From the NCBI GenBank assembly GCA_951406725.2, contig OX597818.1, forward strand, positions 76,074,001-76,138,000: a DNA stretch of 64,000 nt. The letters are read 5' to 3'. Origin of the DNA: Octopus vulgaris. Its lineage: Eukaryota. The notes under the pieces are model-generated. The model saw nothing but the letters and a program-made list of their open reading frames with translations, did not search any database and was not told where the DNA came from. A program made the position numbers and the translations under genes. Positions 51,906-64,000 of this stretch are shown here, one piece after another; position 1 is the first letter of the stretch; every line of letters begins with the position of its first letter.

Positions 51906-52363
51906 GTTTCAAATTTTGACACAAGGTCAGCAATTTCAAGGGAGGGACTAAATCGATTACATTGACCCAGTGTTCAACTGGTACTTATTTTGTCGAACCT
52001 GAAAGGATGAGAGGCAAAGCCGGCCTCGGCGGCAGCTGAACGCAGGACGCGAAGACGGACGAAATGCAGCTAAGTGTTTTGTCCGGTGTGTTACCGATTC
52101 TACCAACTCACTGCCTTGTATTTTATTCTTTTATTCTTTCACTCGTTTCAGTCATTTGACTGCGGCCATGCTCGAGCACCACCTTTAGTCGAACAAATCG
52201 ATCCAAGAACTTATTATGTGTAAGCTTAGTGCTTATTCTTCCAGTCACATTTGCCGATAAGTTACGGGGACGTAAACACACCAATATCGGTTGTCAAGCG
52301 ATGGTGGTGGGGATAAACACAGACACACAGATACATACATACATACATACATACATACATACA

Positions 52364-52396
<33 letters not shown>

Positions 52397-52619
52397 GTAT
52401 ATATAATATATGTATATATAATATATGTATATATATAATATATGTATATATAATATACGACGTGCTTCTTTCAGCTTCCGTCTACCAAATCCATTCACAA
52501 GGCTTTGGTTGGCCTGAGGCTATAGTAGAAGACATTTGCCAAAGGTGCCACGCAGTGGGATTGAACCCGGAACCAGGTGGTTAGGAAGCAAACTTCTTAC
52601 CACATAGCAACTCCTGCGT
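51906..52619 (-). mobile_element. Adjacent family A (51906-52117) and family B (52125-52619) SINEs
   Basis: Both match the family sequences; the B copy holds an expanded (TACA)n/(TA)n. Confidence 0.88.
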
Positions 52620-53109
52620 CTCTATATATTTGTACATTGTGGCGCATTAAATTCAGATTGGTGGACTGTAACATTGAGGGGATTTGTTTCCACTAATATA
52701 GCATAAAGGAAACAAATCATTGACCTTTCGATTAGTTGTCCAGTCTTCTGTCCTAGTGGTCATTTGCACCTTTCCGAACTGTTTTACAATAATGGTTTAA
52801 AAAGGGTACGGTGCAAATAAATCGGTTCAAAAGTATGTGTGTACCACCTGTTTTGCTTCGATTTGAATAGAGCAAAATGATTCTATGACATTTGAAGTCA
52901 ACGTTTGTTATTGAAGCTAAATAAATGCTTTCGTAACTACAAACACGTTAGATAATGAAACTACATGCGCATTAGTTGTTGAACCTGTACAGATGTTAGC
53001 TATTAAAACTATATAGAATCCACAATCATACGCTTGTTATTGAAGTCGTATTGACGTTAGTTCTTGTAGCACATTTGTTATTGAAGTTACATATAGAAGT
53101 GATTTACAC

Positions 53110-53677
53110 TGTTATTATGTGAGATGTTTTCGTCACGGTTGTTTACGTTTAAATACCCGGATATCGGCTCCACAAACCTTTTCGTTCCATGACCTTGCGA
53201 TTAGCCGAACTTGTTCGTATTGGTCGGTTTCCAGCCGTCCAATCGTGTTGACATAGCTGTTCGTTTTTCCTTTCGCGGGAAATTAATCACCAGCTCTCGA
53301 CTACTCTAGGTATTGGCACGCACCACTGACCACACGCAACTCGGCTCTGACAATGATGTATCTGACACCAGCCAGTCTCCGTTTTCATCTCCACCAGGCA
53401 CTTGCCTACATCGTTGCTGTATGAACACCACACGACCAGCAGACCAACGGCTTCCTCTACACACCACCAAACAGTCCGTCAACTTAGTCTACAAGCTCAA
53501 CAGTCTAGCCTGACCACGATGTCTCTCACACATCTTTGTTGTAACCTGCTATTTTATTTCATGTATATCAATCATTGTATTTTATAACAGAATAAATCAT
53601 CGCTTATATAGTTCATTTTCATCTCACGTCGTATATCATTTTCCCATTTCCCTTATTTACCATCTTCGTTATATACA
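53110..53677 (+). mobile_element. Probable solo LTR
   Basis: TGTTAT...ATATACA termini, 5-bp flanks tacac / tatac, AATAAA at 53591; interrupts a minisatellite. Confidence 0.5.
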
Positions 53678-53980
53678 TATACGCACACATTAGTATTGAA
53701 GTGCCGAAGACATGTCGCTTATTGAAGTTACATATACGTCAGTTATGTAATCTAAATGCATATAAACGCGTTAATTAGTGAAGTGATAAATTCAAACCAG
53801 TTATTGAAGTAAGATACACGCCAATTACTTAACATAATACACGTTAGTTTTTGAAGTTACATATGCACACGTTAATTATTAAAGTGACAAATACACGTCA
53901 GTTTCTTCAGTTAAAATATACGCTAGCTATTAATGTTTAATACAGGTTAATTATGGAAGCTACGTGCGCACGCACACACA

Positions 53981-54037
<57 letters not shown>

Positions 54038-54295
54038 TCACACACACACACCGCATCCATGCATTCACGTTTTCCGCACACTTTTCCTGGGAGAGTCGTA
54101 GGGATAGAGTCTTCAGCTACCTCCTCCATAGGGTTCTGTCAAAGCAACCGCCATTAGACTTTCAAGCTGGATTTTCAAACGTGACCGACTGAGACTATGA
54201 AAATTATCCAACCATCTCGTTCTTGGTCTATCCCTATTGGTTGCTTTGGCAGAATCCGTCTTATGACTCTAAATGCGGAGAAATATATATATGTA

Positions 54296-54479
54296 TAATT
54301 AGATAAAGATAGTTATGGCCGGCCTATGAGGTTATACAGGGTTTCACATCCATAAAGCGCTCAGCTTTACAACGTTTCTTCAGACCTTAATCGCCTGTGG
54401 CGTATAACCTCACTTCAAAGTGGAGTGAGAAAACTCTGAGTAACCCCATAGACCGGTCCTAACTATCTTTATCTAATTA
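54296..54479. repeat. Inverted repeat with 39-bp arms (35 of 39 match) and an inner 10-bp inverted repeat
   Basis: 54296-54334 pairs with 54441-54479; gaggttatac (54328) pairs with gtataacctc (54402); (TA)n on both sides. Confidence 0.8.
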
Positions 54480-54558
54480 ATCTACTGCTCTATAGCTTAG
54501 AGTGTACTTCTCTTTCGGATTTATGATTTACTGACGATATATATATATATATACACGT

Positions 54559-54579
<21 letters not shown>

Positions 54580-54604
<25 letters not shown>

Positions 54605-54860
54605 CTTTGTATATGTGTTTGTCACCCACCACCGCTAGAAAACCGGTGCTGGTGTGCTTACGTCTCCGTAACTTACTAGTTCGGCAAAAGACACCGATGG
54701 AATAAGTATCAGACTTTACAAAAAAAAAAAAAATAAATAAATAAAAATACTAACAATAATAAGTACAGGTGTCGATAAATTCGACTAAAAATTCTTCAAG
54801 GCGGGTGCTCCAACATGGCTGCAGTCTAATGACTGAAAAAAATAAACAGATAAAAAAAGA
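54580..54860 (+). mobile_element. Family B SINE 3' half
   Basis: (TG)n then tgtttgtcaccc...cgtaactta...ttcggcaaaagac...atggctgcagtctaatgactga. Confidence 0.8.
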
Positions 54861-55287
54861 ATATATGGACACACACACACACACACACGTTATATATAGT
54901 AGCCATAGATAGACACGTAAATTACTGAAGGTTCAGATAAACATTAGTTATTGGTGTTACGTAATAAACACGTTAGTTGTTGAAATAACAAATATACATT
55001 TATCGTTGAAATTTCATAAACACGTCAGTGATGTTACACACAGGTCAGTCAGTGAAGATATGCACTCGTTATTTACTGAATATGCGAATATATTAGTCAT
55101 TGAAGCTATATACGCGTCGGATATTGAAGATATATACATGGTAGTTACTGAAGATTCCGATATGTTAGTCATTGAAGCTATATACACGTTAGTTATTTCA
55201 ACTATGCACACGTTAGTTTTTGAAAATACTGATATGTTTGTCAATGAAGCTAAACAGACGTTACACACACGCACACACACACACACA

Positions 55288-55350
<63 letters not shown>

Positions 55351-55653
55351 ACACACACACACACAATATGACCTGGTTCTTCATAACTTAAAATTTTGTG
55401 GGCATAGGATACGTCTGTCTCCTGAAATGTTCGGAAACGTCTCCGAAGATCTGACGAGGTGGATTTGTTCAACGACCTCCAACCAAATGCATTGAGTGCT
55501 AATTTTTTGTTTGTTCACTCAGTCGTATTTACGTACATACGTATATACATGCATACGTACGTACGTACATACATACATACATACATACATACATACATGC
55601 ATACCTACATACATACATACATACATACATACATACATACATACATACATACA

Positions 55654-55683
<30 letters not shown>

Positions 55684-55684
<1 letters not shown>

Positions 55685-56246
55685 TGGGTTGTCCGAAAAG
55701 TTCGTGTCGATTTTTAAAGGAAAGAAAAAGGTCAATAAATACTTGCCATTGAATTTTTAATCAACCAAATACGAACCATTTTGTTGCACAATGCATCTCC
55801 ATCTTTCCATTAACTTGAAGATACCCTCTTTCCAGAATTGAGGAGGTTTCATGACAAAGAATTCATCAAGGTATCTTTTTACCTCAGCCAAGGAATTGAA
55901 ATTTTTACCATTAAGATTATTCTGGAGAGACCTGAATAAGTGGAAATCCAAAGGAGCAATAACTGGTGAATATGGAGGGTGGGGTAACACATTCCAGCCG
56001 AGCTGCAACAACTTTTATCTGGCTTCCAAAGCAAGTGCCGAAAATGAACTTTCTTATCTTCCAATTTAAAGAGTTACAGAATTAACACAGGTTATAAGAA
56101 CATAAATCTTCTTCCACGAAAAGATAGCTTAAACTGTTTTCTAAATGGAGGTGTAGTCAAATCCTATTTTATGAACTCAACTATGTTCTAAAATAACTCG
56201 AAAGGTAACCTACTATAAATCGGCACGAACTTGCCGGATAACCCAA
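55684..56246 (-). mobile_element. Internally deleted mariner with both TIRs, inserted in (TACA)n
   Basis: TIRs TTGGGTT(G/A)TCCG..AAGTTCGTG(T/C)CGATTT with TA flanks; MEDKKVHFRHL joined to LGWNVLPHPPYSPVIAPLDFHLFRSLQN...GIFKLMERW. Confidence 0.92.
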
Positions 56247-57904
56247 TACATACATACATACATACATACATACATACATACATACATACATACATACATA
56301 CATACATACATACATACATACATACATACTCCCTAAAGCATAGTCTCCTTGTAACAGTACCGATATCTATTAGATTCAGAAGATAAATTCCACATGAAGG
56401 TGATAGTAAACGTAGTGAGGATGATGATTATGGCGATTTTGGACACTGCCTAGTCGAAAAAACAAATAATTACTGGAGCCCATATATTGTTGAGTGGCTA
56501 ATATCCGGAATAAAAATACATACATACATACATACATGACAGATTCTCCAAATCCATTCTATTAGTGGTAGAGTGAAGATTTGTAAGACATTCCAAAAAT
56601 TCTCCATCTGAGATTCTCATGTAAGTAGATGCACACACTTAGGTGTATCCAACGACAGTTCAACCAACACACCAAATCAACCATATATTTACGAACACCG
56701 AGAGCTCTCTTAACTGAGAATGTCTTGTCGCTTTGTTAACGACCGGCTTGAACTCTTTCAAGGAGTTGAATAAAACTCAATGAAAAACCATACACACACA
56801 CACTCACATACATACGCACATACACAAACATTCACACACACATACATGCGTGCGTGAGCGCGTGTGTTTAGACACGTGGACTAATAGTTAGGGTATTGCT
56901 CTCGCGATTGCAAGACCATAGGTTCGACGTGCACTGTGTACCTGTACAAGCAATGCCGATTTGATGAAGGGCGTGGCCTAATGTGCACCACTAACATTTG
57001 ATCACTATAAACAAGTTATCTGTGTAGGTTGTTCAGCAAGATGCAGCGGAACCCTCTTCCGTCATTTGCAACGGGAGAAATCACTACACACACACGCACA
57101 CACACACACTCATACACACACGTATACATACACTCACATACATACACGCACACACGCACACACTCACACACATACACATACATTCACACTCATACAAATA
57201 CATACACACACACCATGTGTTTCATAATTTTATGTCGATTGCCTTTCATTATTTTATGTCGATTGAAAAAAAAGTAGCGATCCAGGTGGTGGATTGGTAG
57301 AAGTATAAGAATGTTTGACTGTATGCCTGTCAGTATTTCTTCCAACATTTAGCCCAAATTGGGTGGTACACTGAATCCCTTTCCTGCTTAACACCACCAC
57401 CGGGCACGTTGGGTTCCTTTAGTGGATAGAGTTCACTCTGTTGCAAACACTCAGGGTAAATCTCTGGTCTGATGATACCTTCGCTACCCTCTTTCTCTCC
57501 ACTTCCTCCCCACTCCCACCATCCCCTTTTCCACTCCCACCGTCCCCTCTTCTCTCCCACTCCCTCTCCACTCTCCCCTCGCTTCTTCAATCCATCTCTC
57601 ACTCCCTCTCTAATCCATCCCTCCCCTTCGTCTCTCCTTTCCTTTCTTTCCCGCTCCCACTGCCCCTGCATCGTACTCCTTTTCCTCTCTCCTCTTTCCC
57701 CTCACTCCTCTTTTCCTTTTCCCATCTCTCTCATCCTATCTCCTCCCCTCTACTCTCCTCGTCCCCTCCCCTTTCCCTTCTTCTCTCACTCCATACCCTC
57801 CCCTACCTCCCAGTCTTGAAGGCCTTGTGAAAGGTCATGGACACTGCCTTCCTTCCTGATTTAAAGATCATTAAAAATAAAAATACTAATTATAATTTTA
57901 TCTA

Positions 57905-58933
57905 ATTTCGGCGCAAGGTCAGCAAGTTTAACGGGGTGACGTGAGGGTGGGTGCCTAGTCGGTTACATCGACCCAATATTTAACTGGTACTTTATTTTAT
58001 CGACATCCCCACCCACAAAATGAAAGATAAAGTTAACCTCCGTGAAATTTCAACTCAGAACTAAATAACCGGATGAAATGGTGTTAAGCATGTTGTCCGA
58101 TGCGCAAAGAATTCTGCCAGCACGCATCTGAGCATAACAACTATTCCTATAATAAGCACAAAACTTGAAGTTTGGGGGATAGGGTCTAGTCGGTTACATC
58201 GACCTAAATGCTCAACAGGTACTTAATTTATCGACTCTGAAAGGATGAATAGATAAGTCGACCTCGGCGGGATTTGAACTCAGAAGTTCGTCCTCACATT
58301 GTAATTTTTAGCAGTTTAGTTGGAGGAGCAAACCAACAAGTTTCACAGATAGATTAAATATATGTTTATTAAACATATGTCACATTACAGCATATGGTTC
58401 AAGGCGGGGAGTTGGCAGAAGCGTTACCACGTCGGGCAAGATGTTTAGTAGCGTTTTGTCCGTCTTAACGTTCTGAGTTCAAATTCCACTGAGGTCGACT
58501 GTCTTTCAGCCTTTCGGGATCGATAAATTAAATACCAGATGAGCACTGGGGTCGATGCAATCGACTTACCTCTTTTCTGTGAAACTGCTGGCCTTGTGCC
58601 AAATTTTGAAATCATCCGCTGGGCGAAATGCTTAGCAATATTCCCTCTGCCGCTACGATCTGAGTTCAAATTCCGCCGAGGTCGACTTTGCCTTTCATCC
58701 TTTCGGGGTCGATAAATTAAGTACCAGTTACGCACTGGGGTCGATGTAATCGACTTAATACCTATGTCTGTCCTTGTTTGTCCCCTCTATGTTTAGCCCC
58801 TTGTGGGTAATAAAGAAATAGGTATTTCGTCTGCCGCTACGTTCTGAGTTCAAATTCCGCCGAGGTCGACTTTACCTTGTGCCTATAGTAGAAAGGATTA
58901 TTATTATTATCATCATCATCATCATCATCATCA

Positions 58934-59016
<83 letters not shown>

Positions 59017-59246
59017 ATTATTATTATTATATAAGGTGACAAGGTGGCAGAATTGTTAGCACTCCGGGCATAATGCTTGGCGGCATTTCATCCGTCGTTA
59101 CGTTCTGAGTTCAAATGCTGAAAAAGTCGTGTTTGCTTTTCATCCTTTCGGGGTAAATAAAATAAGTACCTGTTGAACACTGGGATCAATCTAATCGACT
59201 TAGCCCCTCTCCAGAAATTGCCGACCTTGTATCAAAATCTGAAACC
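57905..59246. mobile_element. Family A SINE cluster: two minus copies (57905-58285), a plus multimer (58401-58897), an (ATT/CAT/GTT)n tract and a plus copy (59033-59246)
   Basis: Repeated family A motifs on both strands. Confidence 0.88.
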
Positions 59247-59705
59247 ATTATTATTATTTCTAGCAAATCTACACAGCTACCATGGTGGCATAAAATAAGG
59301 GTAGGAAATCATAACAGCAGTATGTATTGAGAAATGTGTAAAAGCACTTGATAGATTACTAGTCGATGTCTTAGAGAAATCGCATTATTGTTGGTGATAC
59401 GGCTTTCTATCGCAGATATATGAGATGTGTTTGCGACTAAGTGACGTGTGATGACGATTCACCCCTGAACTGAAATAGGCTCCCAGCCTCTGTATCATGA
59501 ATGGTTATGTGGGCCATTCCTAACGAAAGCCAGACCTTCTTTCGACCACTACATAAAAAGTATTAAGAAAAGAATGTTATTTAGATATACTTTTATTTTA
59601 GTTGTTTACACAATTTAAAGCTTGTTTATACTCTTATACAGTCAAAGTTCACAAATTTCCTTATTTAAATTATGAATCATATTCCTTTCGATAATATCAA
59701 TATGA

Positions 59706-59895
59706 TTACAAAACTTCTTTGTAGACGATATTTTCTGTTTGGCTGACACTAAGTTTCAAATTACTGGAGTCCGTTGCTCTACTCATTGCGACGTATAACT
59801 GGCCGTGTGTAAACATCGGAGTGGGTAAAAATACACCTACACGATTTAAAGTCTGGCCCTATATCTTTGTTTGTTGTGAATGCGCGAGCGGAATC
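59706..59895 (-). pseudogene. Helitron RepHel Pif1-helicase C-terminus
   Basis: GQTLNRVGVFLPTPMFTHGQLYVAMSRATDSSNLKLSVSQTENIVYKEVL* contains helicase motifs V and VI and the typical RepHel terminus; not in the supplied ORF track. Confidence 0.9.
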
Positions 59896-59899
59896 TTTA

Positions 59900-60432
59900 G
59901 GAATCTGCACATCTACGATGGAAAATAAAGGGATAGTATCGCAAATGTAAACCCTCTAAATTCCCGAATAATACGGGGAGGAAATCCAGAGTTAATTCTC
60001 GTCGCCGGAATTTTAACAAAACAAAAAAAAAAAAAATACAAAAGATCAATATCCACTAAATAATCATACATTTTCATATTTTTTCCTGATTACCTCCTTC
60101 GTAATCCCGAAAAACATCATGACCATTGGTCTAGCCGTTTGACTGTGAAAAGAGAACAGACATACAGACGGACATAACGCCCATTATTAGTAAGAAGTTG
60201 ACTTCGCTTTGCTTCTTTTATTAGCTATCTCCCCTTTAATTTTTATTTCCTTTTTTTTAAAGCCCGTAAAATGAACAATTACCCTCAATATCCACTAAAT
60301 AATCATACTTTTTCACATTTTTTTCGTTAAAAACCTTCCTGACTACCTCTTTCGTAACCCCGAAAAAAAATCGTGACCAGTCATTTGACCATGCAAAAAG
60401 GAACAGACATACAGACATAACGCCCATTATAG

Positions 60433-60433
<1 letters not shown>
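59900..60433 (-). mobile_element. Two tandem Helitron 5'-end remnants
   Basis: Duplicated tcaatatccactaaataatcatac...gaacagacatacaga...cataacgcccatta blocks (about 60045-60195 and 60285-60433) adjacent to the helicase fragment. Confidence 0.65.
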
Positions 60434-60488
<55 letters not shown>

Positions 60489-60502
60489 CTATGACGAATA
60501 TT

Positions 60503-60920
60503 ACACGGAGAGGATGGATGAGGAGCGGATGGTAAGGAGATGGATGAAGGTAGAAGTGGTAGGCAGCAGAAACAGAGGCAGACCTCGGTTTGTGTGGATG
60601 GATGGAGTGAGGAAAGCTTTGGTGTTTAGAGGTGTTGGAGTGAGAGAGGCACGAGAGTTTGTAAATGATAGAAAAGCTTGGAGAATATTTGTGGACGGAT
60701 GAGTGAATTTGATGTTGCTCAAAGGGGTACGGAACCAGCATGATGCGGCGGAAGTAAACCAGCATATACTGTCGAGCTACGCTGCTGATATTGGGGGTTC
60801 TATGCCTTGACCCGATTACAGAACGGGGCTCGCCTCTTTGAGCTGGGAATTGAATGGAATACCTTGATGTTTGTCTTGTGGCTACTCACTCCTAAAAGTT
60901 TGGGGAATAGACCTGGGTAT
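60503..60920 (+). mobile_element. 5'-truncated RTE-clade LINE (C-terminus plus 3' UTR)
   Basis: ERMDEERMVRR....EVVGSRNRGRPRFVWMDGVRKAL.............DRKAWR matches the RTE G.R.RGRPR..W.D / DR..WR terminus. 3' boundary approximate. Confidence 0.8.
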
Positions 60921-61219
60921 ATATATAAAAAAATACAGTATTTGATAGATCCTCCGTCAGTTATAACTGATGAGTGTCGTAGTCTTTGGATTAACTGAAC
61001 GCACCTACTCGTCAAAATAGCGTGAACGTGGTTGAGTATTCCACAAACACTTTTTCCATTTAATCCAGTTTTCAATTAGAATCAATGTGACAAGGTTGGA
61101 TATGTTTTTGGAATTACCAGAACAATCAATGTCCGACGAGCTTCCACACAATTTCTGTCGGTCCATTTTCGTTCACAAAAAGCTTATGGTTATAAAAGGA
61201 TAATTGTACAAGATGATAC

Positions 61220-61312
61220 AGTGATGATGATGATGATGATGATGATGAATACGACGATATCGACAATGACGCACGATGGTGATACTGCTGCAGATGCTGC
61301 TGTTGATGGTGA

Positions 61313-61346
<34 letters not shown>

Positions 61347-61442
61347 GGTGATGATAATGATGATAATGATGACGAAGATGATGATGACAGTGATGACGAT
61401 GATGGTGATGATAATGAACATGATGACGTTGATGATCATGAA
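61220..61442. repeat. (GAT)n/(GGT)n trinucleotide tract
   Basis: Directly visible. Confidence 0.95.
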
Positions 61443-61708
61443 GAGAAACAAATAAAAAAATCAAGTGATTTAGAGAAAGAATTACACACATACACACATA
61501 CTCACACATTTGTATGTTTATACATATACATATATGTTTGTGCATATATATATATATTTATACACACATATATGTTAATGCATATATATATATATATATA
61601 TATGTATACATAGATACACACACACACACACACACGTATATATGTATAAATACACATTGAAACATACACAGAGAATGGGCGAGGGAAAGACAAAAAGATG
61701 GCAAGAGG

Positions 61709-61762
<54 letters not shown>

Positions 61763-62122
61763 GCTGTGTGTGAGGTGAGAGAAGAGAAAAAGGTATGTAT
61801 GGTCCAGTAAGCATTAAATATTGAAATGACATGAAACAAGGGACGCGAAGAGAATTGGAGGAAAAAATACAGGAAAAGGGGGAAAAAAGAATGATATAGA
61901 AGTAAAGATTGCAAAAATACAAAGGGAGATAGATAAGTAGATAGATAGATAGACAGACAGATAGATAAAGATAGAGAGAATGAAAGATTCAGAAAGAGGA
62001 AGGGAGAGGCAGGCAGAGAGTAATGGTTCGACTGTAGAAATTTAAATGAAAAAATTATTTAAAACTGCAGGTATGAAAGTATGAACCTATTCATTTGAAA
62101 TATTCATGACGGAAGCAGAGAA

Positions 62123-62146
62123 GTTGCTATGGTAACCATTGCGTCA
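62123..62146. promoter_or_regulatory. Candidate RFX X-box (GTTGCTATGGTAAC) with adjacent TGCGTCA CRE-like site
   Basis: 14-bp near-palindromic X-box in a short unique island; no functional evidence. Confidence 0.4.
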
Positions 62147-62349
62147 GACGCCCGTTCTGAGACCAGCATAACGAAAGTGTCGCTGAAATTTGTATCACTC
62201 TCTCTCTCATTCTCTCCACTCTCTCTCCACGCGCGCACGCACGCACACATACATGGATACGCGCAAATTAATGCTAGGGTTGTTATTAAGTGATAGCAAT
62301 AATGTACTAGTAGTGTCATATGTGTATGTGTTTATATATATATAGGTAC

Positions 62350-62521
62350 ACGCGTGGCTGTGTGGCATGGAGCTTGCTTCCCAACCACATGGTTCCAGGT
62401 TCAGTACCTCTGCGTGACACCTTCGGCAAGTGTCTTTCACTATAGCCTTCTACTATAGCGTTTAGCGGACCAAGCATTGTGAGTGGCTTTGATAGATGGA
62501 AACTGAAAGAAGCCCGTCGTG

Positions 62522-62553
<32 letters not shown>

Positions 62554-62571
62554 TGTATGTATGTATGTATG

Positions 62572-62650
<79 letters not shown>

Positions 62651-62858
62651 GTGTGTTTTTGTGTCTCCCATCAACGCTTGACAACGGGTGTTGGGGTGTT
62701 TATGTCCCCGTAACTTAGCAGTTTGACAAAAGAAATCAATAAAATAAGTACCAGGCTTTAAAAACGTACAGTGGTTGATTCATTCGACAACAAATTCTTC
62801 AAGGCAGTGCCCCAGCATGGCCACATTCTCATGACTGAAACAATTAAAACATAAAAGA
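62350..62858 (+). mobile_element. Family B SINE with expanded (TATG)n(TATC)n
   Basis: Full head, body and tail. Confidence 0.88.
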
Positions 62859-63189
62859 TGTACATACACGTACAAGGCTAGCTAGATAGATAGAGAGGGA
62901 GAGAGAGAAGAGAGAGGGAGGGAGAGGGAGAGGGAGAGAGAGGGAGAGAGAGAGATAGTAGGGTTGACTGTGACTTGAAGTTGTATCTATTGAGCTTATT
63001 TAAAGAAGCTTCAAGAGGCGACCTGAAGCTACAATCAACCCTGGTTTATGTGTGTGTGTGTGTGTGCGTGTGTGTGTTTGCTTGTGTGTGTGTATGTGTG
63101 TATGTGTACGCATTATATACACACATACAAACGTACATACATACATATATGCATGCATACATACATACATACATACATACATACATGAC

Positions 63190-63480
63190 CGTGGTCGGCT
63201 TCGCCTTTCATCCTTTCGGGGTCATTGAAATAAATACAGTCAATCAGTGGGGTCAATGTAATCCACTAAACCCTTCGCCTAAAATCTTGTGTCAAAATAC
63301 GAATGGAAAACGTTGAAGTGGCAAAATCGTTAACACGTCGGACAAAATGCTCACCGTCATTTCGTCCGTCTTTATGTTCTATATTCAAATTCCACCGAGG
63401 TCGACTTTGCCTGTCATCCCTTCGAGAGCGATGAAATAAGTACCTGTTAAGCACTACGGCTAATATAATCGATAAGCCCC
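63190..63480 (+). mobile_element. Two partial family A SINEs
   Basis: gcctttcatcctttcggggtc and a second head at about 63315. Confidence 0.75.
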
Positions 63481-63799
63481 ATCCACACGACTAGCCCCCG
63501 CCTCCACACGTCATACTCAGCTTATTGCTGGAAGTGCCATTAATGTACCAGGTGTTCACTTCCTATGAACTAAGTCGGTACATTCTTTTCAAGTTAGGAG
63601 AACTTTGCGGAGACTCCTCGTCAAATAATCCTGTTTTCTGTTGTGCTCTATTTTTGTTTTTATTCTTATTTTCTAACTAATTGTTGTTTTTATTTACTCA
63701 CTGTACCTAGGCACTAACAATTATTAGAATAATGTTCACTTTTTTCATTGACTACATCTTTTTGATTTCTCCCTTCAGATTTTCATGTTGCGTTAGTTT

Positions 63800-64000
63800 T
63801 TCTCCTCTTTCTGCTGTCCGTAGGCCAAGTGATCTCTATGGTCATACATTTGTACTCTGCATTTATCAGATTCTGCTGATTTGTCAAGTTTTTACTAGAT
63901 GTAGTTTGTTCTCAATGCTTGTTTCTGTGCTGCACTTATCAAGACCTCTCTTTTGGGTTCCAGATCATTTCTTGTAACCACAAACAGAATTTATTCGGGC
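63800..64000 (-). pseudogene. R4/Dong-like ORF fragment (pre-zinc-knuckle region)
   Basis: LWLQ..DLEPKREVLISAAQKQALRTNYI**KLDKSAESDKCRV resembles WL...LK.ETE.LI.AAQEQALRTN....IDK.....CR.C. Confidence 0.75.

Larger units (their letters stand above)
52895..55262. repeat. Diverged approximately 24-bp minisatellite (ACACGTTAGTTATTGAAGxTAxAT-like) in three blocks: 52895-53104, 53678-53945, 54885-55262
   Basis: Recurrent acgttagttattgaag variants at roughly 24-nt spacing, split by later insertions. Confidence 0.75.

Noticed and set aside
57330-57830. ORFs over a C/T-rich tract
   Set aside because: Polypyrimidine low-complexity sequence.

Overview
AT-rich, microsatellite-dense eukaryotic DNA, most consistent with an octopus (coleoid cephalopod) genome; this is inferred from repeat style, not from a database match. 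I found no intact host protein-coding gene, rRNA, functional tRNA or CRISPR array. The window looks like intergenic DNA or part of a very large intron, and nearly all listed ORFs are microsatellite translations or decayed transposon frames. Recognisable content includes about 30 copies of three tRNA-derived SINE families, a tandem and nested Helitron cluster (1167-4446) with further Helitron remnants, and non-LTR fragments (R4/Dong-like, RTE, CR1/Jockey-group, Penelope-like). There is also a Gypsy 5' LTR with PBS and gag, a probable solo LTR, mariner, Tc1 and maT elements (one nested pair), and hAT remnants. The most noteworthy non-obvious signals are a minimal hammerhead-ribozyme motif at about 41427-41469, long fold-back structures at 7774-8043 and 54296-54479, and two promoter-like motif clusters in unique DNA (YY1+ETS at about 19360, RFX X-box at about 62123). 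I cannot support a claim of a wholly new biological system. Boundaries of decayed elements are approximate.
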